DNA of 64,000 nt, from positions 320,001 through 384,000 of the forward strand of contig CALSPG010000007.1 in assembly GCA_943788175.1 (NCBI GenBank), written 5' to 3'. The translations under genes were made by a program, and so were the position numbers. The notes beneath the pieces are model-generated. The model had not been told where the DNA came from. It made no database searches and was given only the letters and a program-made list of their open reading frames with translations. Position 1 is the first letter of the stretch; every line of letters begins with the position of its first letter. Shown here one piece after another: positions 20,010 to 31,764 of the stretch. This DNA comes from an uncultured bacterium. GTDB lineage: Bacteria; Fidelibacterota; Marinisomatia; Marinisomatales; UBA1611.

Positions 20010-20875
20010 TGCAGCAGGACTACAAAACATTAATCATCTATGTGTTAACTCTCTTTGTAGTAGTCTTACTTATTGTATTAAAAAAACAACAGACTCATCT
20101 TACTGAACTTGAGAATGAAGTTGTAACTGAGCAGGACATAGAATTAGATCTAGACTCGACAGTACAAGAACCAGTTATTGAAGACCCCATAGATATAAAA
20201 AGTACACCTATGCGTGGCATTATTGCGCTAATTATTGATGATTTCGGTTATCGTAATGACCATATATCTAATGGGTTTTTGGAGCTACCCGGGAAACTGA
20301 CCTATGCTATCATTCCCGGACATGATCATAGCCAGCTTTTTTCTAAAAAAGCTTATGATGCTGGTTATGAAATTATTGTTCATTTACCTATGGAAAATAT
20401 TGGAAAAACTTATGGTGAGGAAGAATATGTTCTTATGTCATATTTTCAAGAAGATGAAATTAAAGAGAGGATAAATAAAGCCTTTGAGAACCTTCCCGAA
20501 TCGATTGGTTTAAATAACCACCAAGGTTCTAGGGGAACAGCAGATGCACGAATCATGACTCTCCTTGCTAAGGAGATTAAACAAAATAAAAAATTTTTTG
20601 TTGATAGTAGGACCACAAGAAATTCTTTAGCTGAAGAAACTATGCGCAAATATGGTGTCCCGACAAATTCAAGGGACATCTTTTTAGATAATGAATTAGA
20701 TGAAGATAAGATAACAGAACAGCTTATGAAGTTAGCTGATGTAGCTGAAAGAAAAGGGCTTGCGATCGGTATTGGACACGTAAAACCACAAACATTGAGC
20801 GTACTTCAAAAAGAAATACCGATTCTTCAAAGCAAGGGTTTCCGGTTTGAGTTTGTTTCTAGGTTAGTATATTAA
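20009..20875 (+). CDS. Divergent polysaccharide deacetylase (YibQ family)
   Basis: IALIIDDFG, HLPME, NNHQGS, FFVDSRT, RDIFLDN, AIGIGH. Confidence 0.92.
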   Translation: MQQDYKTLIIYVLTLFVVVLLIVLKKQQTHLTELENEVVTEQDIELDLDSTVQEPVIEDPIDIKSTPMRGIIALIIDDFGYRNDHISNGFLELPGKLTYAIIPGHDHSQLFSKKAYDAGYEIIVHLPMENIGKTYGEEEYVLMSYFQEDEIKERINKAFENLPESIGLNNHQGSRGTADARIMTLLAKEIKQNKKFFVDSRTTRNSLAEETMRKYGVPTNSRDIFLDNELDEDKITEQLMKLADVAERKGLAIGIGHVKPQTLSVLQKEIPILQSKGFRFEFVSRLVY

Positions 20876-20880
20876 TTTTT

Positions 20881-21861
20881 ATGCCAATTCTATGTAGAGT
20901 CACTCGTGGAGATTTAACAGAAAGTATTCATGTCATGTTTGCTACAGTAGTGGATGATTCAGGGCACATAGTTTTTTCTACTGGAGATCCAAATTACTTA
21001 ACGTGTATAAGGTCATCGCTCAAGCCTTTTCAAGCAGCTGCATCTATAAAAGCTGGAGCTGTAGATGCTGCTGGGTTCAATGAAAAAGAAATTGCGCTAA
21101 TGTGTGCATCTCATCTTGGTGAAAATAGGCATATAAAAACAGCGCAATCGATGTTGGATAAGTTAGGTTTCACATTAGATGATTATGAGTGTGGAGTTCA
21201 CTTTCCTGCAGATATATTGTCAAAACGCGACTTAATTCACTCAAAGACTGATCCAAATCCATTACATAATAATTGTAGTGGAAAGCATGCAGGTATGCTT
21301 GCACTTGCTAAATACTTAGTTAATAACCCCAAAAACTATATTCAGCCAGAACATGAAGTCCAAAAAACTATTTTCAAGGCTTTACAGGAGTATTCTGGTA
21401 TCAAAGATATACCAATGGAAACTGATGGTTGTTCTGCTCCAACTGCTTTTTTCACAATGGAAACAATTGCTAAACTTTATCAATTACTTGCAACAGAAGA
21501 GTATCCAGAATTAGTTCGAGTTTTTAACGCTATGAATTCTCATCCATATAATGTGGCGGGGAATGGCCACTTTGATACTAAATTTATCACTGCTTTAGGT
21601 GGAAATGCTGTGACAAAAGGCGGAGGTGAATCCATTCAAGGGATAGCTTTAAAAAACAGAGACGGTAAAAATTTAGGTATTTCTTTAAAAGTATTGGATG
21701 GAAATTCTCGGGCAATGCCGATTGGTTCAATTACGCTTTTAGAACATTTAGACTTACTTTCTAAAAAAGAAATTTCAAATTTAGACGAATTTAGAAAAAG
21801 AGAACGTAAGAACTGTCGAGATAAAAAAATTGGTCAAATAGAAGTATATATAGAATCTTAG
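20881..21861 (+). CDS. L-asparaginase II (rhizobial AnsA type)
   Basis: RSSLKPFQA, CASH, NNCSGKHAGML, DGCSAP, KGGGE, KVLDG. Confidence 0.92.
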   Translation: MPILCRVTRGDLTESIHVMFATVVDDSGHIVFSTGDPNYLTCIRSSLKPFQAAASIKAGAVDAAGFNEKEIALMCASHLGENRHIKTAQSMLDKLGFTLDDYECGVHFPADILSKRDLIHSKTDPNPLHNNCSGKHAGMLALAKYLVNNPKNYIQPEHEVQKTIFKALQEYSGIKDIPMETDGCSAPTAFFTMETIAKLYQLLATEEYPELVRVFNAMNSHPYNVAGNGHFDTKFITALGGNAVTKGGGESIQGIALKNRDGKNLGISLKVLDGNSRAMPIGSITLLEHLDLLSKKEISNLDEFRKRERKNCRDKKIGQIEVYIES

Positions 21862-21882
21862 TTAATCATAATTGGAGTAATC

Positions 21883-24800
21883 ATGTCAATTTCTAAAACG
21901 TATAATCATTTTATAATTATCATTACTTTTTTGATTTCTATCGCATTATCTAATTCCGGGGGAGTTGGCGGTAATTACGCAAATAATGCACCAAATTCAT
22001 CAAACTGTACTTCATGTCATTCTGGAAGCGCTAATTCTGGAAATGGAAGCGTTACAATTACGGGCTTACCCTCTGATGGTTATGTTCCTGGTGATTCCTA
22101 CAGTTTAACTATTAAAGTTTCTGGTAGTCATAGAGACGGTTATGGTTTTCAAATGGCATCTCAAGTTGGTAACAATAATGCTGGGACATTTTCTCTGAGT
22201 GGGAATTCTCAAAATGCTGAATTAAGTGGTAGTAAAGTACAGCAAAGCGCTAGGACGATATCTGGTGAATGGATAGTTGAATGGTTAGCTCCTAACTCAG
22301 ATGTTGGAGATATTACCTTTTCTGCTTCTGGTTTAGCTACTGGAGGTGCATCAAGCAATAGTGGAGATAATGTTTATACGGCATCTGTTGCTTTGCCTGC
22401 TTTTGTGCCTCAAGAGGTTGACTTATTTTTTAGTGAATATTCAGAAGGTTCTTCAAACAATAAGTATGTTGAAGTTTATAACCCTACTGGATCAGACGTC
22501 GACTTATCTAGTTATGCCATCAAAGGTACTAATAACGGCACAGCTTGGGGTGATGGTGGAGACAGAAATGTCATATTGAGCGGGACATTAAGTGCCGGGG
22601 ATGTTTTTATCATGTCAACAGATCAATCTGATCAGGCTATACTAGACGCTGCTGATTTAGCGCTACCTTATGAAAGTCCTGTCCATTACAATGGTAACGA
22701 TGCAATTGGACTCTTTAAAAATGATGAACTAATCGATGCTATTGGAGTAGAATTAGACGATCCGGGTTCTGGCGGCTGGTCTGTTTCTGGAAATAGTGGA
22801 GCAACAAAAGATAATACTTTAATTAGAAAATCAACAGTTACAACTGGGAATACAGATTGGACGCTATCTGCTGGTACTTCAGGAGACGACTCAGAATGGA
22901 TTGTTGAAGCTATAGATTACAGAGCCAATTTAGGTGTTCACGTTTATGGAAACAGTGGAGAAAATATTTTACCAATAGCAAATGCAGGTGGTAATCAAAC
23001 TGTCTTACTTGGAAGTCTCGTTACTTTAGACGGCTCTTCTAGTGTTGATCCTGATGGCTCGATAGCATCATTTCTATGGACTCAAACAGCTGGTGCAACA
23101 GTTTCCTTAAGTTCTACAGATGTTGCGGAAGTGACTTTCACAGCGCCTAATGCTGCAGATAGTTTATCTTTTACTTTACAAGTAACCGATGATGATGGTG
23201 CAAGTTCATCTGAAACTATTTATGTTAAAGCAGCATCACCAAGTCCAATTTTCTTTAGTGAATATGCCGAAGGTGGATCGGGTTATCACAAATATCTAGA
23301 AATTTATAATTCCTCAGATATTGAAATTGATCTTTCTGGTTACGCAATTTTAGGCAATGGCAATGGAGGTCCTTTTAATGATACTCTTAGATTTGATCCT
23401 AATACAATATTAGCTAGCCAGGGAGTCTACGTCATAGCGCATGCTGAGGCTGATCCAATAATATTGGCTGAGGCAGATAAAGTAATAGCTAACCCATTTA
23501 ATAACCCTGAAGGTGATCCAGATTCTTACATCGTCTCTTTCAATGGTGATGATGCTAGAGCAATCGCAAAAATCGAGGGTTCAGAATTTAATGTTATTGA
23601 TATCATTGGCACATTATCTGGTGGAGATCCTGGCAATGGATGGGATGTCGCTGGTGTTACGGATGGAACAACAAATCACACTCTTATCAGAAAACCTGCT
23701 ATCAGTTTTGGCAATGCAGACTGGGCCTCTTCTGCCGGTACTAGTGCTGATAATTCTGAATGGATTGTTAAAGATGATTTAGATTGGACAAACATTGGTT
23801 GTCACAATACCGAATGCGCGTCTACGGGCCCTGCTTTAAGCGGGCTGACAGCATCTCCAGCATTTTTGACCAATGAAACAGAAATTGAGCTAAGCGTTTC
23901 GATTATATCCGAAGTAGGTACTATTGATGAAAGTAGTGTAAAAGTAAAGTTTGGCACAAATGATCAACTGGTTAATGAGGCTCAATTATTTTTAGATGCT
24001 GGTAATACTTATGTCGGGACAATACCTGCGCAGCAAGGAAACACAAAGTTCCAAATGCGCGTTTCTGCTAAAAACAGTGAAGGCGATGAGGGTCAGTCTG
24101 ATTTAGTTGAGAGGCTTATTGCAAGTGCAACGCCAAATCAAATTTCAGAGCTTTATTCAAATCAAACTAGTGACCAATTGGTTACCATAAAAGGCATTGT
24201 AACTATTGGTGGCTCAGGGCTTTTATATCCAACGCAGACAAAAGCTTATTTACAAGATGCGTCAGGCAGAGGACTTCAATTATTTGATTATAATATAATT
24301 GAAGGTTTAGATAGAGGCGATGAAATTGAGGTAGTCGGTTACGCTGGTTACTATCAAACAACATATCAAGTGAAAGATTTTGTGTTTCGTGAAATCTCAA
24401 GCGGCAATGACCTTCCTTTACCAATTGAGGTTACTGCTTCTCAAGCAAACTCATCAAATTATGAAGGCACATTGATTGCAATTACTGGAAACATTACTGC
24501 GATTTCTCCAGTGAGTACAAATGGGAATAATTATACTATTGATGACTTAACTGCTGTAATGATTTGGAATTCTACTGGAATTGATGTTTCAGCCTTAACA
24601 GTTGGTTACCGTGGAAAATTTGTTGGCGTGGGAAGCCAATATTTTGAAAATTATCAACTCTTAGTGGGCTATGATTCTGATATTTCAACTATGGTTGGTG
24701 TTGACTTAAACGATATTATTGTTGATGAGTTTACTGTCCTTCCGGCATATCCTAATCCGTTTAATCCTGTTACAAATTTATCATTTGTTTTAGATACGCC

Positions 24801-24987
24801 TTCTGAGGTTATGTTAAAGGTCTATGATGTTAATGGAAAATTAGTAGAAGTAAGTAACTCCAAACTTTATCAATCAGGTAGGCATAGCATTCAATGGAAT
24901 GCGACTAGTTTGTCTTCTGGTATGTATTTTGTTCACTTAATGAATGGTGTTGAAAGACGTACCCAAAAAGTGATGCTATTGAAATAA
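21883..24987 (+). CDS. T9SS cargo: Reeler-like domain with CxxCH, two lamin-tail domains, PKD, OB-fold, CTD
   Basis: NCTSCH; LFFSEYSEGSSNNKYVEVYNPT and IFFSEYAEG...LEIYN; ANAGGNQ...LDGSSSVDPDG; VTIKGIVT...YLQD; AYPNPFNP...SSGMYF. Confidence 0.88.
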   Translation: MSISKTYNHFIIIITFLISIALSNSGGVGGNYANNAPNSSNCTSCHSGSANSGNGSVTITGLPSDGYVPGDSYSLTIKVSGSHRDGYGFQMASQVGNNNAGTFSLSGNSQNAELSGSKVQQSARTISGEWIVEWLAPNSDVGDITFSASGLATGGASSNSGDNVYTASVALPAFVPQEVDLFFSEYSEGSSNNKYVEVYNPTGSDVDLSSYAIKGTNNGTAWGDGGDRNVILSGTLSAGDVFIMSTDQSDQAILDAADLALPYESPVHYNGNDAIGLFKNDELIDAIGVELDDPGSGGWSVSGNSGATKDNTLIRKSTVTTGNTDWTLSAGTSGDDSEWIVEAIDYRANLGVHVYGNSGENILPIANAGGNQTVLLGSLVTLDGSSSVDPDGSIASFLWTQTAGATVSLSSTDVAEVTFTAPNAADSLSFTLQVTDDDGASSSETIYVKAASPSPIFFSEYAEGGSGYHKYLEIYNSSDIEIDLSGYAILGNGNGGPFNDTLRFDPNTILASQGVYVIAHAEADPIILAEADKVIANPFNNPEGDPDSYIVSFNGDDARAIAKIEGSEFNVIDIIGTLSGGDPGNGWDVAGVTDGTTNHTLIRKPAISFGNADWASSAGTSADNSEWIVKDDLDWTNIGCHNTECASTGPALSGLTASPAFLTNETEIELSVSIISEVGTIDESSVKVKFGTNDQLVNEAQLFLDAGNTYVGTIPAQQGNTKFQMRVSAKNSEGDEGQSDLVERLIASATPNQISELYSNQTSDQLVTIKGIVTIGGSGLLYPTQTKAYLQDASGRGLQLFDYNIIEGLDRGDEIEVVGYAGYYQTTYQVKDFVFREISSGNDLPLPIEVTASQANSSNYEGTLIAITGNITAISPVSTNGNNYTIDDLTAVMIWNSTGIDVSALTVGYRGKFVGVGSQYFENYQLLVGYDSDISTMVGVDLNDIIVDEFTVLPAYPNPFNPVTNLSFVLDTPSEVMLKVYDVNGKLVEVSNSKLYQSGRHSIQWNATSLSSGMYFVHLMNGVERRTQKVMLLK

Positions 24988-25000
24988 AACTCTAACTTTT

Positions 25001-27077
25001 ATGAAAATTATTATGAAAACTATTTCTATGGCATTTCTGTCTTCAATTTCTCTGTTATTAGGGCAGTTAGATCATATTATAATTAGTGAAGTAGTTCTTA
25101 CTCCGTCTGATGGTGAATATGTAGAGATAAATAACCCGACTAGTATAGCAGTTGATCTGTCAAATTATTATTTGACAGATGCGACCGATATATCTTCAAA
25201 TAAATTTTACTACAACCTTCCTAGTGGTGAAAATTTTTGGAGTGAATCTAGTTCAGACTTTGTTTGTAGGTTTCCATCAGGTTACACAATCCAAGCAGGT
25301 TCTTCACTCAAAATATCTCTGAGGAGCAATAACCTTTATCAAAATACGTATGGTGATACTGCTGATCTAGCGCTTGATGACTCAATGCTAAGTGTGCTAG
25401 AAGGAACAAATACAAAGGGTAATGCTGGCCTCCCAAAACTAAGTAATTCTAGTGAACCGCTTATTCTCTTTTACTGGGATGGTTCATCTGAGGTAATTAA
25501 AGATGTTGATTATTTGATGTGGGGAAATAATTCTTTTGCGATAGATAAGTCTGGCGTCAGTGGGTATTTAGCTGATACGCCTGCTCAAAACCATTCATTT
25601 ATGCCTGTACATGCTACAAATGAAAAACTTGCTAGGTTAGATAAAAATAGCGAAGGAGAAGAGTCAGAATCTGGTGGTAATGGAATTACAGGACATGATG
25701 AAACTAGCGAACCCTTAGCTGAAACTTGGATAGTGACTAGTTTGACTTCGTCTAAGCCAGAAATTTCAAACCTTAGCTTATCTCCCTCTAGTCCGTTCAT
25801 CGACGACACGTTGAAGTTTGAAGTAAACGTAACAGATGATGAAGGAATATCATCAGTCATGTTAAGATATGAATTCCAACAACAAGTTAATTCTGTTGCT
25901 ATGTCTGTGAGTGAAAGTTCACCATCTCTTTATTCAGTTAAAATCAATCCATTAGAAGAAGTTGGTTCAATTATTTATTCTGTTATAGCTGAAGATTTTT
26001 CTGGTTTAAAAGATTCTACTAGTAGAAATGCAGTGGCTATAAATGAACCTATTGCGGAGCTAACAATAGCAAGCCTTTTAACGGGTTTTAATGATTATCT
26101 AGGTCAAGCAGTTCAATTTAATGCTGTAGTTACTGTCCCTGCTGGTATACTTCGCACAAACAGAGTTCAAGTTTTTGTACAAGATAAATCTGAGAGAGGG
26201 ATTTTATTAGATGCTCCAACTTCATCAGAGCCTCTGAAAAGAGGAGACTCTATTAGCATAACGGGACCTTTAGGCGCTTATTTAAGTAGCACTGGCGACC
26301 TTCAGCCGCAAATTCAAGATGCTAGTATTAATATTTTATCATCTGGCCTCAGTATTCCTGTTGTCGACTTAGGAGATTTAGGAAGTATTTATAAGTTTAA
26401 TGAAGTCACTCAATTTAATTATCCTGATAATTCTCAGAATATTGATGTCATTAAGTACATGAATTCTTATGTAAAGCTTTCTGGGAAAATAGTATCAAGG
26501 TCAGATGATCTTGGTGGGGGTTCTAATATTGAATTGCAAGATGAAGAAGGCGCTTTTACTACGGTTAGAATATGGAATTCGAGCAATATATTGCTCGACG
26601 AATCAGGAGATATTACAAACACTTTGGTTGATTCCTCTGTTGAGGGTTGGTAGTAGCGTAGAGATAAAAGGTATAGGCGGGCAATACTTAGGTTCAAGTC
26701 AGATTCAACCAGCATATGCCTCTGATATTTCAGAAAAACTAGAGGGTGAGGTTGGTAGTTTTAAGGCAACATTAGATATCCCACCTTATCCATTTGTTCC
26801 TCAGCTTGGTGAGGTAATTAGCTTCAAATATAGTTTTCCATCTGATGCTAGAATTAAACTAAGAGTTTTTGATATTAATGGGCGATTAATTACTACCCTT
26901 TATGATGAATATCGGGGAGTTTCATTTGAAAAAACAGCTAGATGGAATGGGCGAGACAACTTAAATAGGTTGGTCCCAAGTGGTACCTATTTAATTCATT
27001 TAGACATTGTTAATTCTTTAACAGGAAAAAATTATCAGAAAATTGCCCCAGTAGTAATAGCCGCTTATGAGAATTAA
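25001..27077 (+). CDS. T9SS cargo: lamin-tail plus two OB-folds plus FlgD-Ig CTD; +1 frameshift near 26633 joins ORFs 25001-26653 and 26505-27077
   Basis: IIISEV...EYVEINNPT...DLSNYYLTD; VFVQD...GDSISITG; repaired junction VDSLLRVGSSVEIKG; WNGRD...VPSGTYL. Confidence 0.8.
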
Positions 27078-27975
27078 TATGAAACAAAACTTTATAAGTT
27101 TTTATATTTTTATGATTATTGCCTTTGGTAATGTCTTTTCTCAAGTGACTACTGAGCAAATTTATTATGGTGCGAGCTCATTGTCTATGTCGGCAAGTGA
27201 TATAGCCTTGCCTAAAAATTCATGGTCTCTTTTCGTAAATGCGGCTGGTATTGCCAGGCAGAAAGGCCTTTCATTAGTTGCAAGTTCACAATCTCATTTT
27301 AATCAAGACTATTTAAGTCACTCTCTTCTAGGCTTCCAGTTTAAAACTTCAAAATATGGGGCCTATGGAATATCTGTTGAAAATTTTTCAGTTGATTATA
27401 GTGGGAGCAGTTTATCTGCTGAAACTGCCATTGGTTTTCACCAGGGAATAATGTTGCGATCAGACAGAAGCAGCTCTTTTTCGATAGGTTACGGAGTAAA
27501 ATATTACAATATTGACTATGGTACCTCAGCAGGACCTTCTGGAGATGGTTCTGATGGAATAAAACTTGGCTCCTTAAGTACGTTTGGGCTGGACATAAGT
27601 TTTCTTGGGTCTTTAGCTGCTAGAATTAGAGTAGGCGCAAAAGCTTTAAACATTAACAGTCCAACTCTAGGAGACGCAAATAATTCAACAAGACTTCCAC
27701 AAAGATCTCAGATTGGTATCGCCTATTCGCCATATGATTTGGTCTGGACAACAGTTTCTCTTAATAAAAGTGTTGGTCATCCTACTCACTTTAGCAGCGG
27801 GCTTTCTTACGAAATACAAAAAAATATTTTTTTAAAAACTGGAATGCAGACTAGTCCAAATCGTTTCTCTTCGGGTTTTGAAGTTTATTTTAAAAAAATA
27901 AAAATTGATTATGGATTCATCACTCATCCAGTATTACCATTGTCTCATCAAATTTCAATCGAGGTTAATCGTTAA
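27067..27975 (+). CDS. PorV/PorQ-like barrel
   Basis: GASSLSMS...LFVNAAG; NINSP; DYGFITHPVLPLSHQISI C-terminus. Confidence 0.72.
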   Translation: MRINMKQNFISFYIFMIIAFGNVFSQVTTEQIYYGASSLSMSASDIALPKNSWSLFVNAAGIARQKGLSLVASSQSHFNQDYLSHSLLGFQFKTSKYGAYGISVENFSVDYSGSSLSAETAIGFHQGIMLRSDRSSSFSIGYGVKYYNIDYGTSAGPSGDGSDGIKLGSLSTFGLDISFLGSLAARIRVGAKALNINSPTLGDANNSTRLPQRSQIGIAYSPYDLVWTTVSLNKSVGHPTHFSSGLSYEIQKNIFLKTGMQTSPNRFSSGFEVYFKKIKIDYGFITHPVLPLSHQISIEVNR

Positions 27976-30442
27976 TGAGATCACTTTTTTTTTATGTGTT
28001 CTCGATTACTCTTATCATTGGCCAAAAGATTTCGTTAAACTCGGCTTCAATCGAAGATTTGAAGACCCTTCCACTATCTGAAAATCAAGTTGCTGATCTC
28101 TACGATTTTGTATTGTATCAAGGTCCTGTTAATGATGTTTATGATTTAGCCAAAATTTCAAGTTTTGAGCCTGAGAACATTAATGCTCTTAAATCTCTTA
28201 TTAGTATAACAAGTAATGACGATACAAAAAAAAATGTATCCAGAATTAGTGACAGATATAGGAAGGTAGAAAATTGGACTTCTGAAGAAGGTGCTAACGA
28301 AGGTCTTGTAGAGGTATGGCTAGATAGGCTTGCTGAGCCAAAAAATATTAACACTGCAACCTGGAATGACTTAATGGCTTTACAAAATGTTAGTCCCGTT
28401 GATGCTGTTGCGGTCATGAAGAGAATCGAAGAAAGTAAAATAACGTACCCAAAAGCTCTAAGAGGAGCAATTGGTCTTAGCTATTGGGGTTATCGTAATA
28501 TGGTTGACTTCTTTACATATGATGAAGAAGATACTACGGACTCTTTTCATCTTTGGTATAACACTACATACAAAACGCTACCTTCTACGACTTCCTTTGA
28601 TGATGAAGTAGGTTTAGTGATCAACTTAGTGATCACCCTGGAGACTTGCATCATAAAATAGTTGCTACTTTTGGGAAACATTGGAAGTTATCATTAGCAT
28701 CTCACAGGCAATTAGGTGAAAAAGTTTATGATTTCAAGATTGGTGATTTTGAGGTACCTACTGCAAAATATTCTCTTACTTATAGGGATCTCAAGCTAGG
28801 CGGGTTAAAATTTGACAGGGTAATACTAGGAAACTTTTCTGCTACTATTGGTCAGGGTGTAATATTTGAAAATACAGATTTTTTCTCGCCTAGAAGATCT
28901 GGTTATAGTTGGAGCAGAAGAGTGCATGGTGTTTTTCCTGATATATCTAGGACCAGAGAGTATGCTTTAAAAGGACTCGCATTTCAAGCTGGTAATAAGC
29001 TGTTTGATGTTATGGGCTTTTTATCAAAAAATAAAAGAGATGCTATTCTAAACATATCAGACAGTTCTGTTGCCTCTTTAATTACACTATATCCAAGAAC
29101 AAATAATGGTTTTGGTGTAGAGTCTTTATTAATGCCAATGCTTGAGACTTTAGAAGAAGTGACTTATGGTGGTAGCATAAGACTTATTCCACTTTACGGT
29201 ACTTTTATTGGTTTTTCAGCATATGAGAGTTTGTACGATAAGCCTTTAAGGCCTGATATAGCAACAACTGTAATAGCAGATGAAAGTGAAGGGAAATTTT
29301 TAACATCTATTGGGAATACAGCAGATACTGAAATCGCTGCAATGTATTCTAATTATGGTGAATCATCATTATGGGATAAAGCGAGATCTTTCCGGCGAGT
29401 TTTTGGCATGGATTTTTCAACAGTAATTAGAAATATAGCATTTCAAGGTGAATATGGTATATTAGATAAAAATGGTAATATGAGTGTTGAGGTATCAGAC
29501 CCAAAAGCTTTTGTGTTTAGTGGTTATGCACAATTTAATAATTTTAGTATGTTAGTGGTTTATCGCGACTATGACTTAGAGTATGATAATCCGTATCAAC
29601 GATCTTTTGCAAATTACCAGAGATATAAAGGTAGTATTTTCGAAGATACTTTTTATTTAGAAGATCCGATTTATGGATTTTTATACACGGGTCAAGCTCA
29701 GCCACAATCTGAAAAAGGCATATATGTAAATAGTAGATATCAGCCTCATCGCGCATTAGTTTTATCTGGAGACTTTGATACTTGGACTAGAGTTGCAGAT
29801 CAAGCAAAGTACTACAGAACCGTAATGCGTGCTCAGTATAGACCCGTATTTAATTTGCGTTTTAGTATAAGGCACAAATGGCAAAAAAGAGGCTCAATGA
29901 ATATTTTAGATCCGGCTGCTTATTATTCTCAAGAAACGATTATACGTTCGCAACTGAGATTATCTGGCTATGATCAGATCGAGTTGATGTGGGTACGCTC
30001 ATGGGTCGACTTTTCTAACAGAAGGCGCTTAACTCTTGATCTTGCTTCAGGGGGAGAAGAATCATCTATGATTGGTAGTGCGGGTACGGGTAGTGAAGCA
30101 ATTGGGTTTAAAATCACTCATAATTTCAATCAACGGATGAAAGCAATGGGGCAAGTAATGTTCTACAATGGTTTTATTTGGAATTTTGAGGATACAGATT
30201 TTAGAGTTTTTGATAGCAATTCTGATGCAGTTCGGTATTGGATTTCATTATTTTCTCGTTTAAATGATCGTTGGGCAATTAGATTAAAATGGACAGTTGA
30301 TAGTTCTGCGCCAGTAACAAATTATATTTTTGAACCTAGTGATCCAACAGGTCAATATCCTGATCAACGGGTAAGTTGGAAAACTGTTAGTGGAGAAAAT
30401 TTCACAAATGATATTAGATTACAGATAGATTATGCTTTTTAA
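27975..30442 (+). CDS. ComEA-type helix-hairpin-helix domains fused to an outer-membrane beta-barrel; frameshift near 28613 joins 27975-28661 and 28646-30442
   Basis: ISLNSASIEDLKTLP and NINTATWNDLMALQNV HhH repeats; ILGNFSATIGQG; repaired junction VGFSDQLSDHPGDLHHK; C-terminal IDYAF. Confidence 0.8.
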
Positions 30443-31742
30443 ATTAAAAAATAAAATTAAAATCATTGGATTGTTTGCGATGAACCTTGTTTTTAGTCAA
30501 CAATATTTTTCGCCATTAATCCCCTCTAATAACTTTTTATCAAGCGCAAGTATGCTAGCAAAAGGTGGAGAGTTTTCAGGGTTATTTTCTCATTCTGTTT
30601 TTTCAAAGTATGGTGAGGTGTTTAATTTTGAGTTTGATCTTACTAGGAACTCATATGCAGAACGTAGAAGTGTTCCAGTAATAGATATGTTTGATGATGT
30701 TGTAACTCAAAATGTATATGCTCTCAATAGGCCAGCTTTCGCTTCAATTTCATGGTCTTTATCTGGCAGTGTAAATAATTATTTAAAATTACCCGTTTCC
30801 TTGTCGGTATCTGATTCTCCTTACTGGGATTTTAGATATGACTATTCTGAAGAAGTTCGAGCTAGTCTTGGTCCAGGAGTCTATAATCGTGACCCTGTAG
30901 TTGGCTATCATCTGATAAATATAGATGGAGTTATTCGCTCACTTAAAATTGGAATAGCATCAAAAATTAATAGTTGGTTGAAAATGGGAGTTCTTTTAGA
31001 TAATCTTTATGAAGATGAGTTGTTTTATATGAAAGGTGTTAATGTGTTTGAAAAAGATGACGCCTTGGCCAGTGATACAACCCTATTAAAAGATATAAAC
31101 ATGTCTGTTGAAAATGTTAGTCGTTTTACGTTTGGAGCAACAGTTGATTTGAAAAGGAATATATCTATCGCTCTTTCCGTAACCCCTTCAACAGAAATAA
31201 AATTTTTGACAGATGGCTTAATACCTTCTATTGATGAAAAAACTCAACTACCAAGTTTCAATTTTAGTGATACTTCTTCAAATTATAGTATTACTCTTCC
31301 TCAAGAAATTAATCTTGGCTTTTCTATACAGGTAAATAATCCTACTAAAACAAATATTACAGGTGGGTTAATTTTTAAAGATTGGGAAAATCATGACATT
31401 TATAAAGTATATCATTCATCTACAGATACATCAACTCACAATTATCAATCGACAATAGGTTTATCTGTTGGTGTAGAACACCTAATTTTAGGAAAAACAC
31501 CGTTTAGGTTTGGTTTTATTTATAGTGACTCTCCACTTGGAGAGGAGTTTGAGATAACAAAAGTTACTCTTGGAAGTGGTTGGGCATATAATAATATAAG
31601 TTTTGATGTCGTTGCAGTTTTTGGATCAGTTGATTACAGGTATGGAGATTTATTTCCATCTATTGCACAAGAGAATTTATCATTAGATAGGATTGATGAA
31701 AAAAATACAGTGTTAAAGGCTACAATTAATTATTCTTTTTAA
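30432..31742 (+). CDS. Outer-membrane beta-barrel, FadL/PorV-like C-terminal half
   Basis: LPQEINLG, LSVGVEH, PFRFGF, TLGSGW; ends INYSF. Confidence 0.7.
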   Translation: MLFKLKNKIKIIGLFAMNLVFSQQYFSPLIPSNNFLSSASMLAKGGEFSGLFSHSVFSKYGEVFNFEFDLTRNSYAERRSVPVIDMFDDVVTQNVYALNRPAFASISWSLSGSVNNYLKLPVSLSVSDSPYWDFRYDYSEEVRASLGPGVYNRDPVVGYHLINIDGVIRSLKIGIASKINSWLKMGVLLDNLYEDELFYMKGVNVFEKDDALASDTTLLKDINMSVENVSRFTFGATVDLKRNISIALSVTPSTEIKFLTDGLIPSIDEKTQLPSFNFSDTSSNYSITLPQEINLGFSIQVNNPTKTNITGGLIFKDWENHDIYKVYHSSTDTSTHNYQSTIGLSVGVEHLILGKTPFRFGFIYSDSPLGEEFEITKVTLGSGWAYNNISFDVVAVFGSVDYRYGDLFPSIAQENLSLDRIDEKNTVLKATINYSF

Positions 31743-31764
31743 TTAATGTTATAATACTAAAAAA

